Source: Acidobacteriota bacterium
GTDB taxonomy: Bacteria > Acidobacteriota > Blastocatellia > Pyrinomonadales > Pyrinomonadaceae
DNA length: 64,000 bases
Reading direction: 5' to 3'
Assembly (NCBI GenBank): GCA_023391155.1
Contig: JAEWBM010000029.1
Coordinates: forward strand, 10,892 to 74,891
Positions within the stretch are counted from its first letter, which is position 1. Every line of letters begins with the position of its first letter. A program made the position numbers and the translations under genes. Of the stretch, positions 44,974 through 54,229 are shown one piece after another. The notes below the pieces were generated by a model. That model made no database searches. It saw only the letters and a program-made list of their open reading frames with translations, and was not told the DNA's origin.

Positions 44974-45993
44974 ATGAACGAACGCTACAGCAGGCAAATT
45001 CTTTTTGACAAGATCGGTCGTGAGGGCCAGCAGCGGCTGTTGGACGCTCGCGTCTTCATCATGGGTTGCGGGGCGCTCGGTGCGTCACATGCCGAAATGC
45101 TCGCTCGCGCCGGCGTCGGCCGCCTGCGGATCGTCGACCGTGATTTTGTCGAGTACACAAACCTCCAACGTCAAACGCTTTACAGCGAACAGGACGCCGC
45201 CGACCGCCTGCCAAAGGCCATCGCCGCCAAGAACCGTCTTGCCGCCGTCAACTCCGAGGTCGAGGTCGAGGCGATCGTCGCCGATGTCAACAATTCAAAT
45301 GTCGAATCGCTGATAGCCGAATGCGACCTCGTCATCGACGGGACTGACAATTTCCAGATACGCTATCTTATCAATGACGCCTGCGTAAAGCGCGATGTTC
45401 GGTGGATCTACGGCGCCGCCGTGTCCGGTTACGGTGCTTCGATGACCGTCATCCCGCAAGAAACGCCCTGCCTCCGCTGCATCTTCGAGGAAATGCCCGA
45501 TACCGGCAGCTCACCCACATGCGATACCGCCGGCGTGATAATGCCTATAATCTCGAGCATTTCGGCGATCCAGGTTGCCGAGGCCCTCAAGCTCCTCGTC
45601 GGCGATACCGGTTCGCTCCATCGTTCGCTGATACAGGTCGATATCTGGGAAAACGATTGGCGAAAGATCAAACTTTCCGGGCCCGCGCCCGAGTGCCCCT
45701 GCTGCGGACTTGGTAACTACGAATTCCTTGAGGCCGAGGCAGGCGAGTTCTCCGCGGTGCTTTGCGGCCGCGACGCCGTTCAGGTCGCCCCGCCGCACCC
45801 GACAACGCTCGATCTTCCCGCGTTGGCTGAAAAGCTGCGGCCGCACGGCGACGTAAAACAAAACGAATATCTCGTCCGGTTCAATACCAACGGCCGCGAG
45901 GTGACGGTCTTTCGCGACGCACGTGCAATAATTAAGGGTACTAGCGAGGTCGCTGAGGCCCGGTCGATCTATTCCCGGTTCATCGGCTCCTGA
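44974..45993 (+). CDS. thiF: ThiF-type (E1-like) sulfur-carrier adenylyltransferase, long Bacillus-like form
   Basis: MNERYSRQILFDKIGREGQQRLLDARVFIMGCGALGASHAEMLARAGVGRLRIVDRDFVEYTNLQRQ is present. It has CxxC pairs (CLRC, CPCC) and a C-terminal extension ending VFRDARAIIKGTSEVAEARSIYSRFIG. This is close to my recollection of B. subtilis ThiF. Confidence 0.8.
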   Translation: MNERYSRQILFDKIGREGQQRLLDARVFIMGCGALGASHAEMLARAGVGRLRIVDRDFVEYTNLQRQTLYSEQDAADRLPKAIAAKNRLAAVNSEVEVEAIVADVNNSNVESLIAECDLVIDGTDNFQIRYLINDACVKRDVRWIYGAAVSGYGASMTVIPQETPCLRCIFEEMPDTGSSPTCDTAGVIMPIISSISAIQVAEALKLLVGDTGSLHRSLIQVDIWENDWRKIKLSGPAPECPCCGLGNYEFLEAEAGEFSAVLCGRDAVQVAPPHPTTLDLPALAEKLRPHGDVKQNEYLVRFNTNGREVTVFRDARAIIKGTSEVAEARSIYSRFIGS

Positions 45994-46186
45994 CGGAACG
46001 GTCGAAGCTGTGGTTGATAGGCGAAGACCCCCGCGATCCACTCCCCATCGACTGAACTCGACTCCTGTCCCTATATGAAATTTCAGGAGTTAGGCCTGAG
46101 TTTCATAGATCAGGCTCGTGGGATGACCATAATTTGGGATTCCCTTCTAAGCACAAAGTCCCAAATATGCGATAGACTGAAAGGCA

Positions 46187-47542
46187 GTGGTGAAAAACCC
46201 AAAAGTTGTAATAGTCGGCGGAGGCTTTGGCGGCCTGTGGGCGGCAAAGGCGCTCGCGGGCAAACCCGTGGACGTAACCCTCATCGACCGCAAGAACCAC
46301 CATGTTTTCCAGCCCCTGTTATATCAGGTCGCGACGGCAGTGCTCTCTCCCGGCGAGGTGGCGTCGCCCATTCGCCGCATACTCCATAGTGCCCCGAACA
46401 TTGAGGTGATTCTCGGCGAAGCCGCCGATTTCGATATCGCAGAAAACCGCCTGATACTTGAGGACGGCACGCGGGTTCACTTCGACTATCTCATTCTGGC
46501 TGCCGGTGCACGTCATTCATATTTCGGCAAAGACGACTGGGAGACGTGGGCACCGGGGCTCAAGACGCTTGAGGACGCCGTTGAGATCCGCCGCCGGATC
46601 TTTCTCGCCTTTGAACTCGCCGAGCGAAAGGCGGCCCTTACCGGCACCCATGACCCGCTAAACTTTGTCGTGGTCGGCGGCGGCCCGACCGGCGTCGAAC
46701 TCGCCGGCGCTATTGCCGATATCGCGCGTCAGGCACTCAAAAGCGATTTCAAGGTCATTGATACGACGAAAGCCCGGGTGATGCTGTTCGAAGGGTCCGA
46801 TCGTGTTCTCGGCACCTTTGCCGGCGACCTTTCGGATAGCGCAAAGCGGCAGCTCGAGGAACTCGGTGTCGAGGTTCAGCTCAACAGCTTTGTTACCGAG
46901 ATAGAACCCGGCCGGATAAAGGCGGGCGACGAGTGGATAGAGTGCGAGGTCGTCCTATGGGCCACCGGCGTTGCCGCTTCGCCGCTGGGCGCTAAGCTCG
47001 GCGTCGAGACCGACCGCGCCGGCCGCGTAAAGGTCGAACCCGATCTTTCGACCCCCGGCCACCCGAACGTCTTCGTCGTCGGTGACATGGCACATCTGCT
47101 CCTGGAAAACGGTCTGCCCGTTCCCGGCGTCAGCCCCGCCGCAATGCAAATGGGCACGTTCGCGGCGACAGCCGTCATCCGCGACCTGAAAGGCAAAACC
47201 CGCGGCAGCTTCGAGTACGTCGATAAAGGGTCGATGGCCACCATCGGCCGGAGCCGTGCCATCGCTCACGTATTCGGTATGAAATTTCGCGGCGTCATCG
47301 CCTGGCTGCTCTGGCTGTTTCTTCATGTATTTTTCCTCATCGGTTTCCGAAACCGCCTGTTCGTTCTGATGGGTTGGTTCTGGGCCTACCTCACCCGCGA
47401 ACGCAGTGCCCGCCTGATCACCGGCGACGCGGACGAACTCCGCAACGCACTGATCTTTATGGAGGGCGAGTCCGCCGCCCGCTTGCTCGACAAATTTTCC
47501 CGCCCGACCCGGCCGCCCGTACAACGATCGCCCAGGCCCTAA
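46187..47542 (+). CDS. ndh: Type II NADH:quinone oxidoreductase (NDH-2)
   Basis: VVIVGGGFGGLWAAKAL...NHHVFQPLLYQVAT, a second dinucleotide fold FVVVGGGPTGVELAG, then VFVVGDMA and a C-terminal membrane anchor. Confidence 0.9.
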   Translation: MVKNPKVVIVGGGFGGLWAAKALAGKPVDVTLIDRKNHHVFQPLLYQVATAVLSPGEVASPIRRILHSAPNIEVILGEAADFDIAENRLILEDGTRVHFDYLILAAGARHSYFGKDDWETWAPGLKTLEDAVEIRRRIFLAFELAERKAALTGTHDPLNFVVVGGGPTGVELAGAIADIARQALKSDFKVIDTTKARVMLFEGSDRVLGTFAGDLSDSAKRQLEELGVEVQLNSFVTEIEPGRIKAGDEWIECEVVLWATGVAASPLGAKLGVETDRAGRVKVEPDLSTPGHPNVFVVGDMAHLLLENGLPVPGVSPAAMQMGTFAATAVIRDLKGKTRGSFEYVDKGSMATIGRSRAIAHVFGMKFRGVIAWLLWLFLHVFFLIGFRNRLFVLMGWFWAYLTRERSARLITGDADELRNALIFMEGESAARLLDKFSRPTRPPVQRSPRP

Positions 47543-47606
47543 GCGTGTCATTTCCCGGCGATTGCCTTATACTTTTCACTCGATACCGTTTCCTTCATCC
47601 GTAATA

Positions 47607-49745
47607 ATGAAAAAAGTCTCATTTGCAGCAATCATCGCCGCCCTATTTTTATCAGCGTCGGCGGTCGCCCAAAATGTTTGGACCGTCAGCACGCGTGACG
47701 ACATTCTCAAGGGAGATGCCCGCGGCGTCAGCATCGGCGAGAACGGGGCCGTTTCGCTCTCGCCGCGCCTGACCGAGGTTTACGCGACCGGCCAGCCGTT
47801 CATCTGGTCAAGCGTTGTCGACAGTGCCGGCAATGTTTATCTCGGTACCGGCGGAGAGGGCCGCATCTTTCGCGTAACGCCCGGCGGCCAGGGCTCGCTT
47901 TTTACCGACCTCGAGGGGCTGAATGTTTCGGCTCTCGCCATCGGCCCGGGCGGCGAACTTTTTGCGGCCACATCTCCCGACGGCGCCGTCTATCGCATTA
48001 GTTCGACCGGCAAGCCCGAACGATATTTTGACCCGCAGGAGAAATACATTTGGTCGCTGGCTATTATGAGCGACGGCAGCCTCGCCGTGGGCACCGGCGA
48101 AGCGGGAAAGATCTTTCGCGTGCGTGCGGCTAATGCCTCCCCCGCCGATGCACTGATCTTCGACAGCAGCGACACGCACATTATGTCGCTTGCCATGGAC
48201 CGCAGCGGCAACCTCTTCGCCGGCACAGATCCTGGCGGCATCGTGCTTCGCATCGGTGCCGACGGCCGGGCATTCGCCGTTCTCGATTCCCCGCTCCGCG
48301 AGATGCATGAACTTGCCGTCGGGCCCGACGGTTCGGTCTATGCACTCGCCCTCGGCGAATCCGTCGGTGCGGCAACGCCAGCCGCCACGCCGTCGCCGAC
48401 CCCGCGGCCCGCTGCCGCCGCCCGCCCAACGCCGAATGCACAACCAACGCCTACAAAAACCAGATATGATCTGACCGGTGCCAAGTCGGCCGTGTACCGA
48501 ATTCTTCCCGCCGGCGAAAGCGATCTGCTGTGGTCCTCGGCCGCGGTATCGGCGTTCTCGATCTATGCCCATCAGACCGGCAGCGGCGTAATGGTCGGCA
48601 CCTCCGACAAAGGCCGCATCTACAATATTTCTAACGAGGCACGCGAATCTCTCGCGCTTCAAACGGACGCCGCACAGATCTCTACGATCTTCGGCCGGGG
48701 CGACCGCCTTTACGCCGCATCGAGCAATCAGGGTACGCTCTACCGCGTCGGCCCCGGCTCCGCCGCTGAGGGAAGCTATGCATCAGAAGTTCTCGACGCC
48801 TCGACCACCGGCACATGGGGCCGCCTCTGGTGGGGCGGGAGCGGCAATATCCGCCTCGAGACACGCAGCGGCAACACCGAAGACCCCGGCGACACATGGA
48901 GCCCGTGGCAGCCCGCCACCGTCACCGGCCGCAGCGGCCAGGTCGCCAGCCCGCGTGCCCGGTTTCTGCAATGGCGGGCGGTTATCGCCGATCCGGCAGC
49001 CGTTCTCCGCGATGTGAATGTCGCCTTCCGCAGCCGCAACGTCGCACCCGAGGTTCTCTCGATCACGGCCCTGTCGCCGAATGTCGGCCTGCTGCCTAAT
49101 CCGGCTCCGCAGATCGACCCAAACATCGAGATCGCCGGCCTTAACCCCTCGGATTTCGGGCTCCAGGTACAGGCGCCCGCACCCCGCCGTGTCTTCCTTC
49201 GCGGGGCCGTCTCGTTCCAATGGGCCGCCGAGGACCGCAACGGCGACCGGCTGCTCTACGACGTATATTTCAAGGCCGAGAACGAAACTGCCTATAAATT
49301 GCTCAAGAGCGATATCTCGGAAAACTTCATCGCGGTCGACGGCCTGACGCTTGCCGCCGGCCGTTATACGCTCAAGGTCGTTGCAAAGGATTCTCTCTCA
49401 AATCCACCCGCCGAGGCCCTCACAGGCGAACGCGTCAGCGAGCTTTTTGTCGTTGATAATACCCAGCCCGAGGTCGCCGCAGCAGGCACCCCGCAGGTCA
49501 CCGGCGAAACCGCTCGCGTCGCATTTCGCGCTACCGAGGCGTCGAGCTATCTCGACCGTGCCGAATTCAGCATCAACGGCGGCCCCTGGCAGGCAGTGTT
49601 TCCCGACGACGGCGTTTCCGACAGCGGCAGCGAGGCTTACACCGTCAACGCCCGTCTGCCAAGGGCCGGCGACTACACGATCACGCTGCGGGCGTTCGAC
49701 GTCAACGGAAACACCGGAAATGCGAGCGTTGTTGTAAGACGATAA
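47607..49745 (+). CDS. Secreted hypothetical protein (N-terminal beta-propeller-like repeats, Pro/Thr/Ala linker, C-terminal Ig-like region)
   Basis: Signal peptide MKKVSFAAIIAALFLSASAVAQN. Repeats such as GNVYLGTGGEGRIFRV, GSLAVGTGEAGKIFRV and GNLFAGTDPGGIVLRI. Low-complexity stretch ATPAATPSPTPRPAAAARPTPNAQPTPTK. Confidence 0.6.
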   Translation: MKKVSFAAIIAALFLSASAVAQNVWTVSTRDDILKGDARGVSIGENGAVSLSPRLTEVYATGQPFIWSSVVDSAGNVYLGTGGEGRIFRVTPGGQGSLFTDLEGLNVSALAIGPGGELFAATSPDGAVYRISSTGKPERYFDPQEKYIWSLAIMSDGSLAVGTGEAGKIFRVRAANASPADALIFDSSDTHIMSLAMDRSGNLFAGTDPGGIVLRIGADGRAFAVLDSPLREMHELAVGPDGSVYALALGESVGAATPAATPSPTPRPAAAARPTPNAQPTPTKTRYDLTGAKSAVYRILPAGESDLLWSSAAVSAFSIYAHQTGSGVMVGTSDKGRIYNISNEARESLALQTDAAQISTIFGRGDRLYAASSNQGTLYRVGPGSAAEGSYASEVLDASTTGTWGRLWWGGSGNIRLETRSGNTEDPGDTWSPWQPATVTGRSGQVASPRARFLQWRAVIADPAAVLRDVNVAFRSRNVAPEVLSITALSPNVGLLPNPAPQIDPNIEIAGLNPSDFGLQVQAPAPRRVFLRGAVSFQWAAEDRNGDRLLYDVYFKAENETAYKLLKSDISENFIAVDGLTLAAGRYTLKVVAKDSLSNPPAEALTGERVSELFVVDNTQPEVAAAGTPQVTGETARVAFRATEASSYLDRAEFSINGGPWQAVFPDDGVSDSGSEAYTVNARLPRAGDYTITLRAFDVNGNTGNASVVVRR

Positions 49746-49759
49746 CTGGAGGAAAGATT

Positions 49760-49996
49760 ATGGAAGCGATCGCCGAAGGCAGCAAGGTCACTTGCGGCAT
49801 CTGTGGAAAAGAGACCGAGGTCACGATCGTCACCGAGCGTGAAGGCGGCAAGGCCTACGACCTCAAATGTTGGCACCGCAACGCGGAGTGTCCCAAGTGC
49901 GGCGCCCTGGTGCGTGATGCCAGCGACGTTGTTCAGCAGGTAAAGCCCCATTGCGAAAAATGCGACGGGCCTTATTACGACGACGAAGACGAATAA
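49760..49996 (+). CDS. Small Cys-rich zinc-ribbon protein (78 aa)
   Basis: GGAGG SD. Three CxxC pairs (CGICG, CPKCG, CEKC) and an acidic tail YYDDEDE. Confidence 0.5.
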   Translation: MEAIAEGSKVTCGICGKETEVTIVTEREGGKAYDLKCWHRNAECPKCGALVRDASDVVQQVKPHCEKCDGPYYDDEDE

Positions 49997-50581
49997 CTAC
50001 GACTTCGGCAGCGTCATCGTTTCGCCTTCGGCCTGCATATTTAGATGCCGCGTGGTCTCTTCGGTCACGCTCGCCGGCGTCAGATCGCCAGTCCGGTAAC
50101 GCGATTCGGGCATGTTCCCCTCGGCCGGCTGCGGCGGCAGCGCCGTGGTCGCTCCGCTCCCCTGTATCGAATTCAGAGATGCCCCGCTTGTGGCAGCATT
50201 GACGCTGCCCATCATCGGCCGCGTCATCTTCCGCGATTTCATCACGTCCGCCGCTCCCTTTCCCAGGAACGTAAACGCCGGAAACAGCATCGCCCACCAC
50301 CACGTCTGCCCGTTTGCCACGCCGGTGAACAAAAGAGCCATCGACACCGCGAGAAATCCGATGCCCATAAAGACCGACCGGATCCCATCCGCGTAAACCT
50401 CGTTCGGGTCCGTCCGCCTGAGCGAGCTTTTCTTGCTGTCTCCGCAACCGTCAAGCCCGAGATCCGCAAGCGATGCCAAATTGCCGCTCATCACGGCTGG
50501 AACACTCGATATATCCGCCCCGCAGCTTCTGCAAAATCGACCGTCTTCCGGATTTTTAATTCCGCATTTTGGACAAAACAT
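49997..50581 (-). CDS. Zinc-ribbon membrane protein
   Basis: N-terminal MFCPKCGIKNPEDGRFCRSCGA, followed by two TM helices. Confidence 0.6.
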   Translation of the reverse strand: MFCPKCGIKNPEDGRFCRSCGADISSVPAVMSGNLASLADLGLDGCGDSKKSSLRRTDPNEVYADGIRSVFMGIGFLAVSMALLFTGVANGQTWWWAMLFPAFTFLGKGAADVMKSRKMTRPMMGSVNAATSGASLNSIQGSGATTALPPQPAEGNMPESRYRTGDLTPASVTEETTRHLNMQAEGETMTLPKS

Positions 50582-50584
50582 TAC

Positions 50585-51415
50585 TTAGGCTTCCCCTCCC
50601 GAAACCCGCCTTTGCCGGCGGGCCTCGAATAAAATTACGCCTGCGGCAACAGAAACGTTCAGAGACTCTATTTTTCCATACATCGGGATATTTACCAACA
50701 TATCGCAATTTTCCGCCACCAAACGGTGCAGCCCCGTGCCCTCATTGCCCAGCACTATCGCCGTCGGCCGGTTCCAATCCCAATCGAAGTGCTCCGTCTC
50801 GGCATCGCCGCTCGTCCCGATAACCCAAACGCCGCGTTCCTTTAGCTCATCGATAAGCCGGTTCAGATTCGCCGCCTTCGCCACGGGCACATATTCCGCC
50901 GCCCCCGCGGAAGATTTCGCCACCGTTTCCGTCAGCCCCACCGCCCGCCGCTCGGGTATAAAAACGCCGTCCACGCCCGCGCACTCCGCACTTCTTAAGA
51001 TCGCCCCGAAATTCCGCGGGTCCTCCACCCCGTCGAGCACCATGTAAAGCGGCATTTCCCCCGCACCTTCAAAGATCTCCTCCGTCGAAACATAGCTCGC
51101 CGCAGCGGCGATCGCCGCCACCCCCTGATGATTCACCCCCGGCGGCAGCATGCGTTCGAGTTCGTCCCGCGAGACCCGGTCGAGCCTCACGTCCGCCTCC
51201 CTCGCCAGCTCGCGGATCTCCGCCAGCCGATGCGCCTTTGCCCCCTCCGCCGTAATCACCCGATCGATCCGACGCGGCCGCGAACGCAGGGCCTCCGTCA
51301 CCGGCAGCACGCCATAGATCGCGTTTTCGCGCACCGGACGCTCAGCCGGCTCCCGCCGCTGCTCAGGCTTCCGCCTGTTTCGATCATCCCCTTTCCGCGC
51401 CCGTCTCTGTTTCAT
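50585..51415 (-). CDS. rlmB: 23S rRNA (guanosine-2'-O)-methyltransferase RlmB (SpoU/TrmH family)
   Basis: IYGVLPVTEAL, DGVEDPRNFGAILRSAECAGVDGVF, LGNEGTGL, IPMYGKIESLNVSVAAGVILFE. Confidence 0.9.
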   Translation of the reverse strand: MKQRRARKGDDRNRRKPEQRREPAERPVRENAIYGVLPVTEALRSRPRRIDRVITAEGAKAHRLAEIRELAREADVRLDRVSRDELERMLPPGVNHQGVAAIAAAASYVSTEEIFEGAGEMPLYMVLDGVEDPRNFGAILRSAECAGVDGVFIPERRAVGLTETVAKSSAGAAEYVPVAKAANLNRLIDELKERGVWVIGTSGDAETEHFDWDWNRPTAIVLGNEGTGLHRLVAENCDMLVNIPMYGKIESLNVSVAAGVILFEARRQRRVSGGEA

Positions 51416-52389
51416 ATCAAGGTTCGCCTGAGCCGCGAATATTTCGTGAATTGCTCACGATTCGTCACCGTCTCCACCCGCGAAAGCGCTTTCGTCCCGA
51501 GCCCCGTTCGTTTTAGCCCCTGCGAATCGCGCGTCGTCGCCGGCGGCCATGCGTGATCGAGCAGGTGCCTCAACTCGTCGTATGAACCATCGCTCTCGGC
51601 CGCTGTGCACTTCTCCGCCAAAAGATCGAACAGCCGGCCGATATTCTCCCGCGCAAACAATGACCGCTCCCCGCCTAAACACGAAAAATCAAATCCCGAT
51701 ATCGGCACACGGAACCCCCGCCGGTCCTCTCCGACGTAAATATCGATCACCCCGCTCTCCTCGCTCGATTCCAAACTCTCGACCGATCTCGTACCGCGAA
51801 GCTTCCTCTGCTCGAACGATTCGCTCCGGCTCTCATAGATCCGCCCCCGCACCAGCAGCACGACATCGCCGAATGCGGCCCGCACAACCTCACCCGTATT
51901 GAACAGATGCAGCAGAATGTCTACGCCGTCGAATTCGATCGCCCTCAGCCTTTGCGGCGCCGTTCCCGGATCAAGCTCCGCATCCGCCACGTTCCGAGTC
52001 ACCAACCCCGCTTCGCCCAATCGCCGCGAGATCGATCCCGCCTCCGCCTCGGTCCGCACGCGGGCCAAAGGCAGCGGCACTCCGCTCTCGATAGCCGATC
52101 GCAACTCGTCCGCCTCCCAACCCAATACTTTCGCCGCGGCCCCCGCATCCGACGACTCCTTTGCCGAGATGAGTACCAAGTTAATGCCGCTCTCCCACTC
52201 CTCGAAGGGGCGGCTGTCGATCCGCAGCTCCCGCGATCCGGTCGGCAGCTCCGCACCGCAATAGATGCACCCCGCACGGTCCGGCGGATTCGCCCGGCCG
52301 CACTTCGGGCACGCGGCCATCTCCTCACGGTCAAACCCCGTGGGCCCGTCCGTCAGCCGCATTTCATCGCGATTGTTTTGATCTGTCAT
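51412..52389 (-). CDS. Hypothetical protein with N-terminal zinc ribbon
   Basis: CPKCGRANPPDRAGCIYCGA near the N-terminus. I do not recognise the rest. The stop overlaps the rlmB start (ATGA). The start is uncertain (ATG at 52389 chosen). Confidence 0.5.
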   Translation of the reverse strand: MTDQNNRDEMRLTDGPTGFDREEMAACPKCGRANPPDRAGCIYCGAELPTGSRELRIDSRPFEEWESGINLVLISAKESSDAGAAAKVLGWEADELRSAIESGVPLPLARVRTEAEAGSISRRLGEAGLVTRNVADAELDPGTAPQRLRAIEFDGVDILLHLFNTGEVVRAAFGDVVLLVRGRIYESRSESFEQRKLRGTRSVESLESSEESGVIDIYVGEDRRGFRVPISGFDFSCLGGERSLFARENIGRLFDLLAEKCTAAESDGSYDELRHLLDHAWPPATTRDSQGLKRTGLGTKALSRVETVTNREQFTKYSRLRRTLI

Positions 52390-52684
52390 CGGCAGGAATT
52401 CTGGCCGTCGCCAAACAGATTTTATCATTGGCTCGCGGCAAAAGCTTGACCCGGTTGCCGCCAAAGATGCACACTATTGAAAGGCTACAACTAGAGACAG
52501 CGTCGGGGAAATGTCAGGTTCGTCCGAATTTTTGAATGCTCTGATCACGAAAGTGGTTCGATCTATTTAGTTGAACTCGATAAATTAACACGAATAATTA
52601 TTTTCCTCGTACCGGATCATCGGTTTCCGACATCGCCCGTCCTGTCCCCGTTTTTAGCCTCAATTTACAACAGAGGTGAACGTC

Positions 52685-53374
52685 ATGCAGTTCGACACGC
52701 CCACGGGCCACTCGTGGAAGTTCGGGCATCGGGGCCGGGTCGCCGTCTTTATCGACGGCAACAACCTGTTCCACGCCGCCCGCTTTCACACAATTGACAT
52801 CGATTACAACAAACTGCTTCGCATTTTGCTCGGGGATGGCCGCCTGCTGCGGGCGTTTTTCTATACCGGCGTCGATGCCGGTGCTGAGCGTCAGCAGGGC
52901 TTTCTGCTCTGGATGCGTCGCAATGGTTTCCGCGTCGTTCAAAAGGAACTCAAGACCTTTTACGACGGCACCCGCAAGGCAAATCTCGATGTCGAGATCG
53001 CGGTCGATATGCTCAGCCTTGCCGGCCGCTACGACACGGCCGTGCTCGTTTCCGGGGACGAAGACTTCGTCTATGCGATCAACGCCGTTGCCTATAAGGG
53101 CTGCCGCGTAGAGGTGGCGGGCTTTCGCTCCAACACCGCACCGCGGCTCATCGATGTAGCGGATTTCTTTATTGATCTCGGTGAGATCGCGGAGTTAATT
53201 CGTAAAGACAGCGACCACGCCGAGGATTACGACGTGCCGCCGTTTATCACCGACGACGTCCCTCGCAACGATGACATCCACCGCACACGCGAGCCGATGC
53301 ATCGCATTCACCGAACGCCGAACATGGACTCCCGCTACGGCGAGGACGACACAGAACTTCCGGACGAACGATGA
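52685..53374 (+). CDS. NYN/LabA-like (DUF88) putative ribonuclease with acidic C-terminal tail
   Basis: VAVFIDGNNLFHAA...FFYTG...ANLDVEIAVDML...VLVSGDEDFVYAI. GAGGTG SD precedes the ATG at 52685. Confidence 0.8.
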   Translation: MQFDTPTGHSWKFGHRGRVAVFIDGNNLFHAARFHTIDIDYNKLLRILLGDGRLLRAFFYTGVDAGAERQQGFLLWMRRNGFRVVQKELKTFYDGTRKANLDVEIAVDMLSLAGRYDTAVLVSGDEDFVYAINAVAYKGCRVEVAGFRSNTAPRLIDVADFFIDLGEIAELIRKDSDHAEDYDVPPFITDDVPRNDDIHRTREPMHRIHRTPNMDSRYGEDDTELPDER

Positions 53375-53763
53375 AACTGTTCACCGTCGATGAGGCAAAC
53401 GCCCTGCTGCCGCGGATCCGTATGAAGCTCGAGCTCATCAAGCTTCATTACGAGACCGTCGGCCGGCTTCGCGAGCCCGCCCGAGCCGCCGCGGCAGCCT
53501 CCGATCGCGGTGGCGGGATGGAGGGCGGTACCGAATACGTCGGGGCACTTTACGACATCGGCAAGCTCACCGTCGAGATCACCGACGCCGGCGTCCAGCT
53601 CAAAGATTACCAGCGCGGCCTCATCGACTTCCCCTCAATGCGCGACGGCCGCATCGTCCTCCTTTGCTGGCAGCTCGGCGAACCCGACAACATCCGCTGG
53701 TGGCACGAGGTCGAAGCCGGCTTCGCAGGCCGCCAACCCCTGGAAGAAAATGATGAAGGATGA
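53371..53763 (+). CDS. DUF2203-family protein
   Basis: MKLFTVDEANALLPRI...GVQLKDYQRGLIDFPS...RIVLLCWQLGEPDNIRWWHEVEAGFAGRQPL matches my recollection of DUF2203. The start overlaps the NYN gene stop (ATGA). Confidence 0.7.
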   Translation: MKLFTVDEANALLPRIRMKLELIKLHYETVGRLREPARAAAAASDRGGGMEGGTEYVGALYDIGKLTVEITDAGVQLKDYQRGLIDFPSMRDGRIVLLCWQLGEPDNIRWWHEVEAGFAGRQPLEENDEG

Positions 53764-53873
53764 AGAACCGGGCAGAAACGCGAGTGTAAACGAGCGTGCC
53801 CACCGTCAGTACCACCCGCAATAGCGGGTGGTTCATCGTTCACCTTCACCAATCCCACAAACCGCACACCGCG

Positions 53874-53993
53874 AAATCGGCATAGCCGATCCCATTTAAC
53901 CAGCCCACGTCGCAAAATGTGCTTACGCGTCCCCCAAAATCGGCGTAGCCGATGCTATCTAATTAGCCCACATCGCAAGATGTGGGTATGCGG
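53874..53993. repeat. Two tandem copies of a ~63-nt hairpin-bearing element
   Basis: AAATCGGC(A/G)TAGCCGAT..(C/T)TAA..AGCCCAC(G/A)TCGCAA(A/G)ATGTG... occurs at 53874 and again at 53937. Each copy holds an ATCGGC-nnn-GCCGAT hairpin. The second copy also has a perfect CCCACATC-GCAA-GATGTGGG hairpin. Confidence 0.6.
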
Positions 53994-54229
53994 AACCTAT
54001 CCCCCGAGCCGTCCTAGACGGCGACATATCGCCACGTCCGCACTCTCCTCTTCCGTCCCCGCAGGGGACAAATTCAATAGCCGAGGGTGCAGCGAAGCGG
54101 AACCCTGGGAGATGACACCAAGACACCCGACCCTGTAAGGGACGAACCCCCTCATCGCCTCAGTGGGCCAAGAGTGTCTCGGCGAGAGATCACTTGGCGC
54201 GTCAGCCCTGCATTACGCACGCCTCCGGT

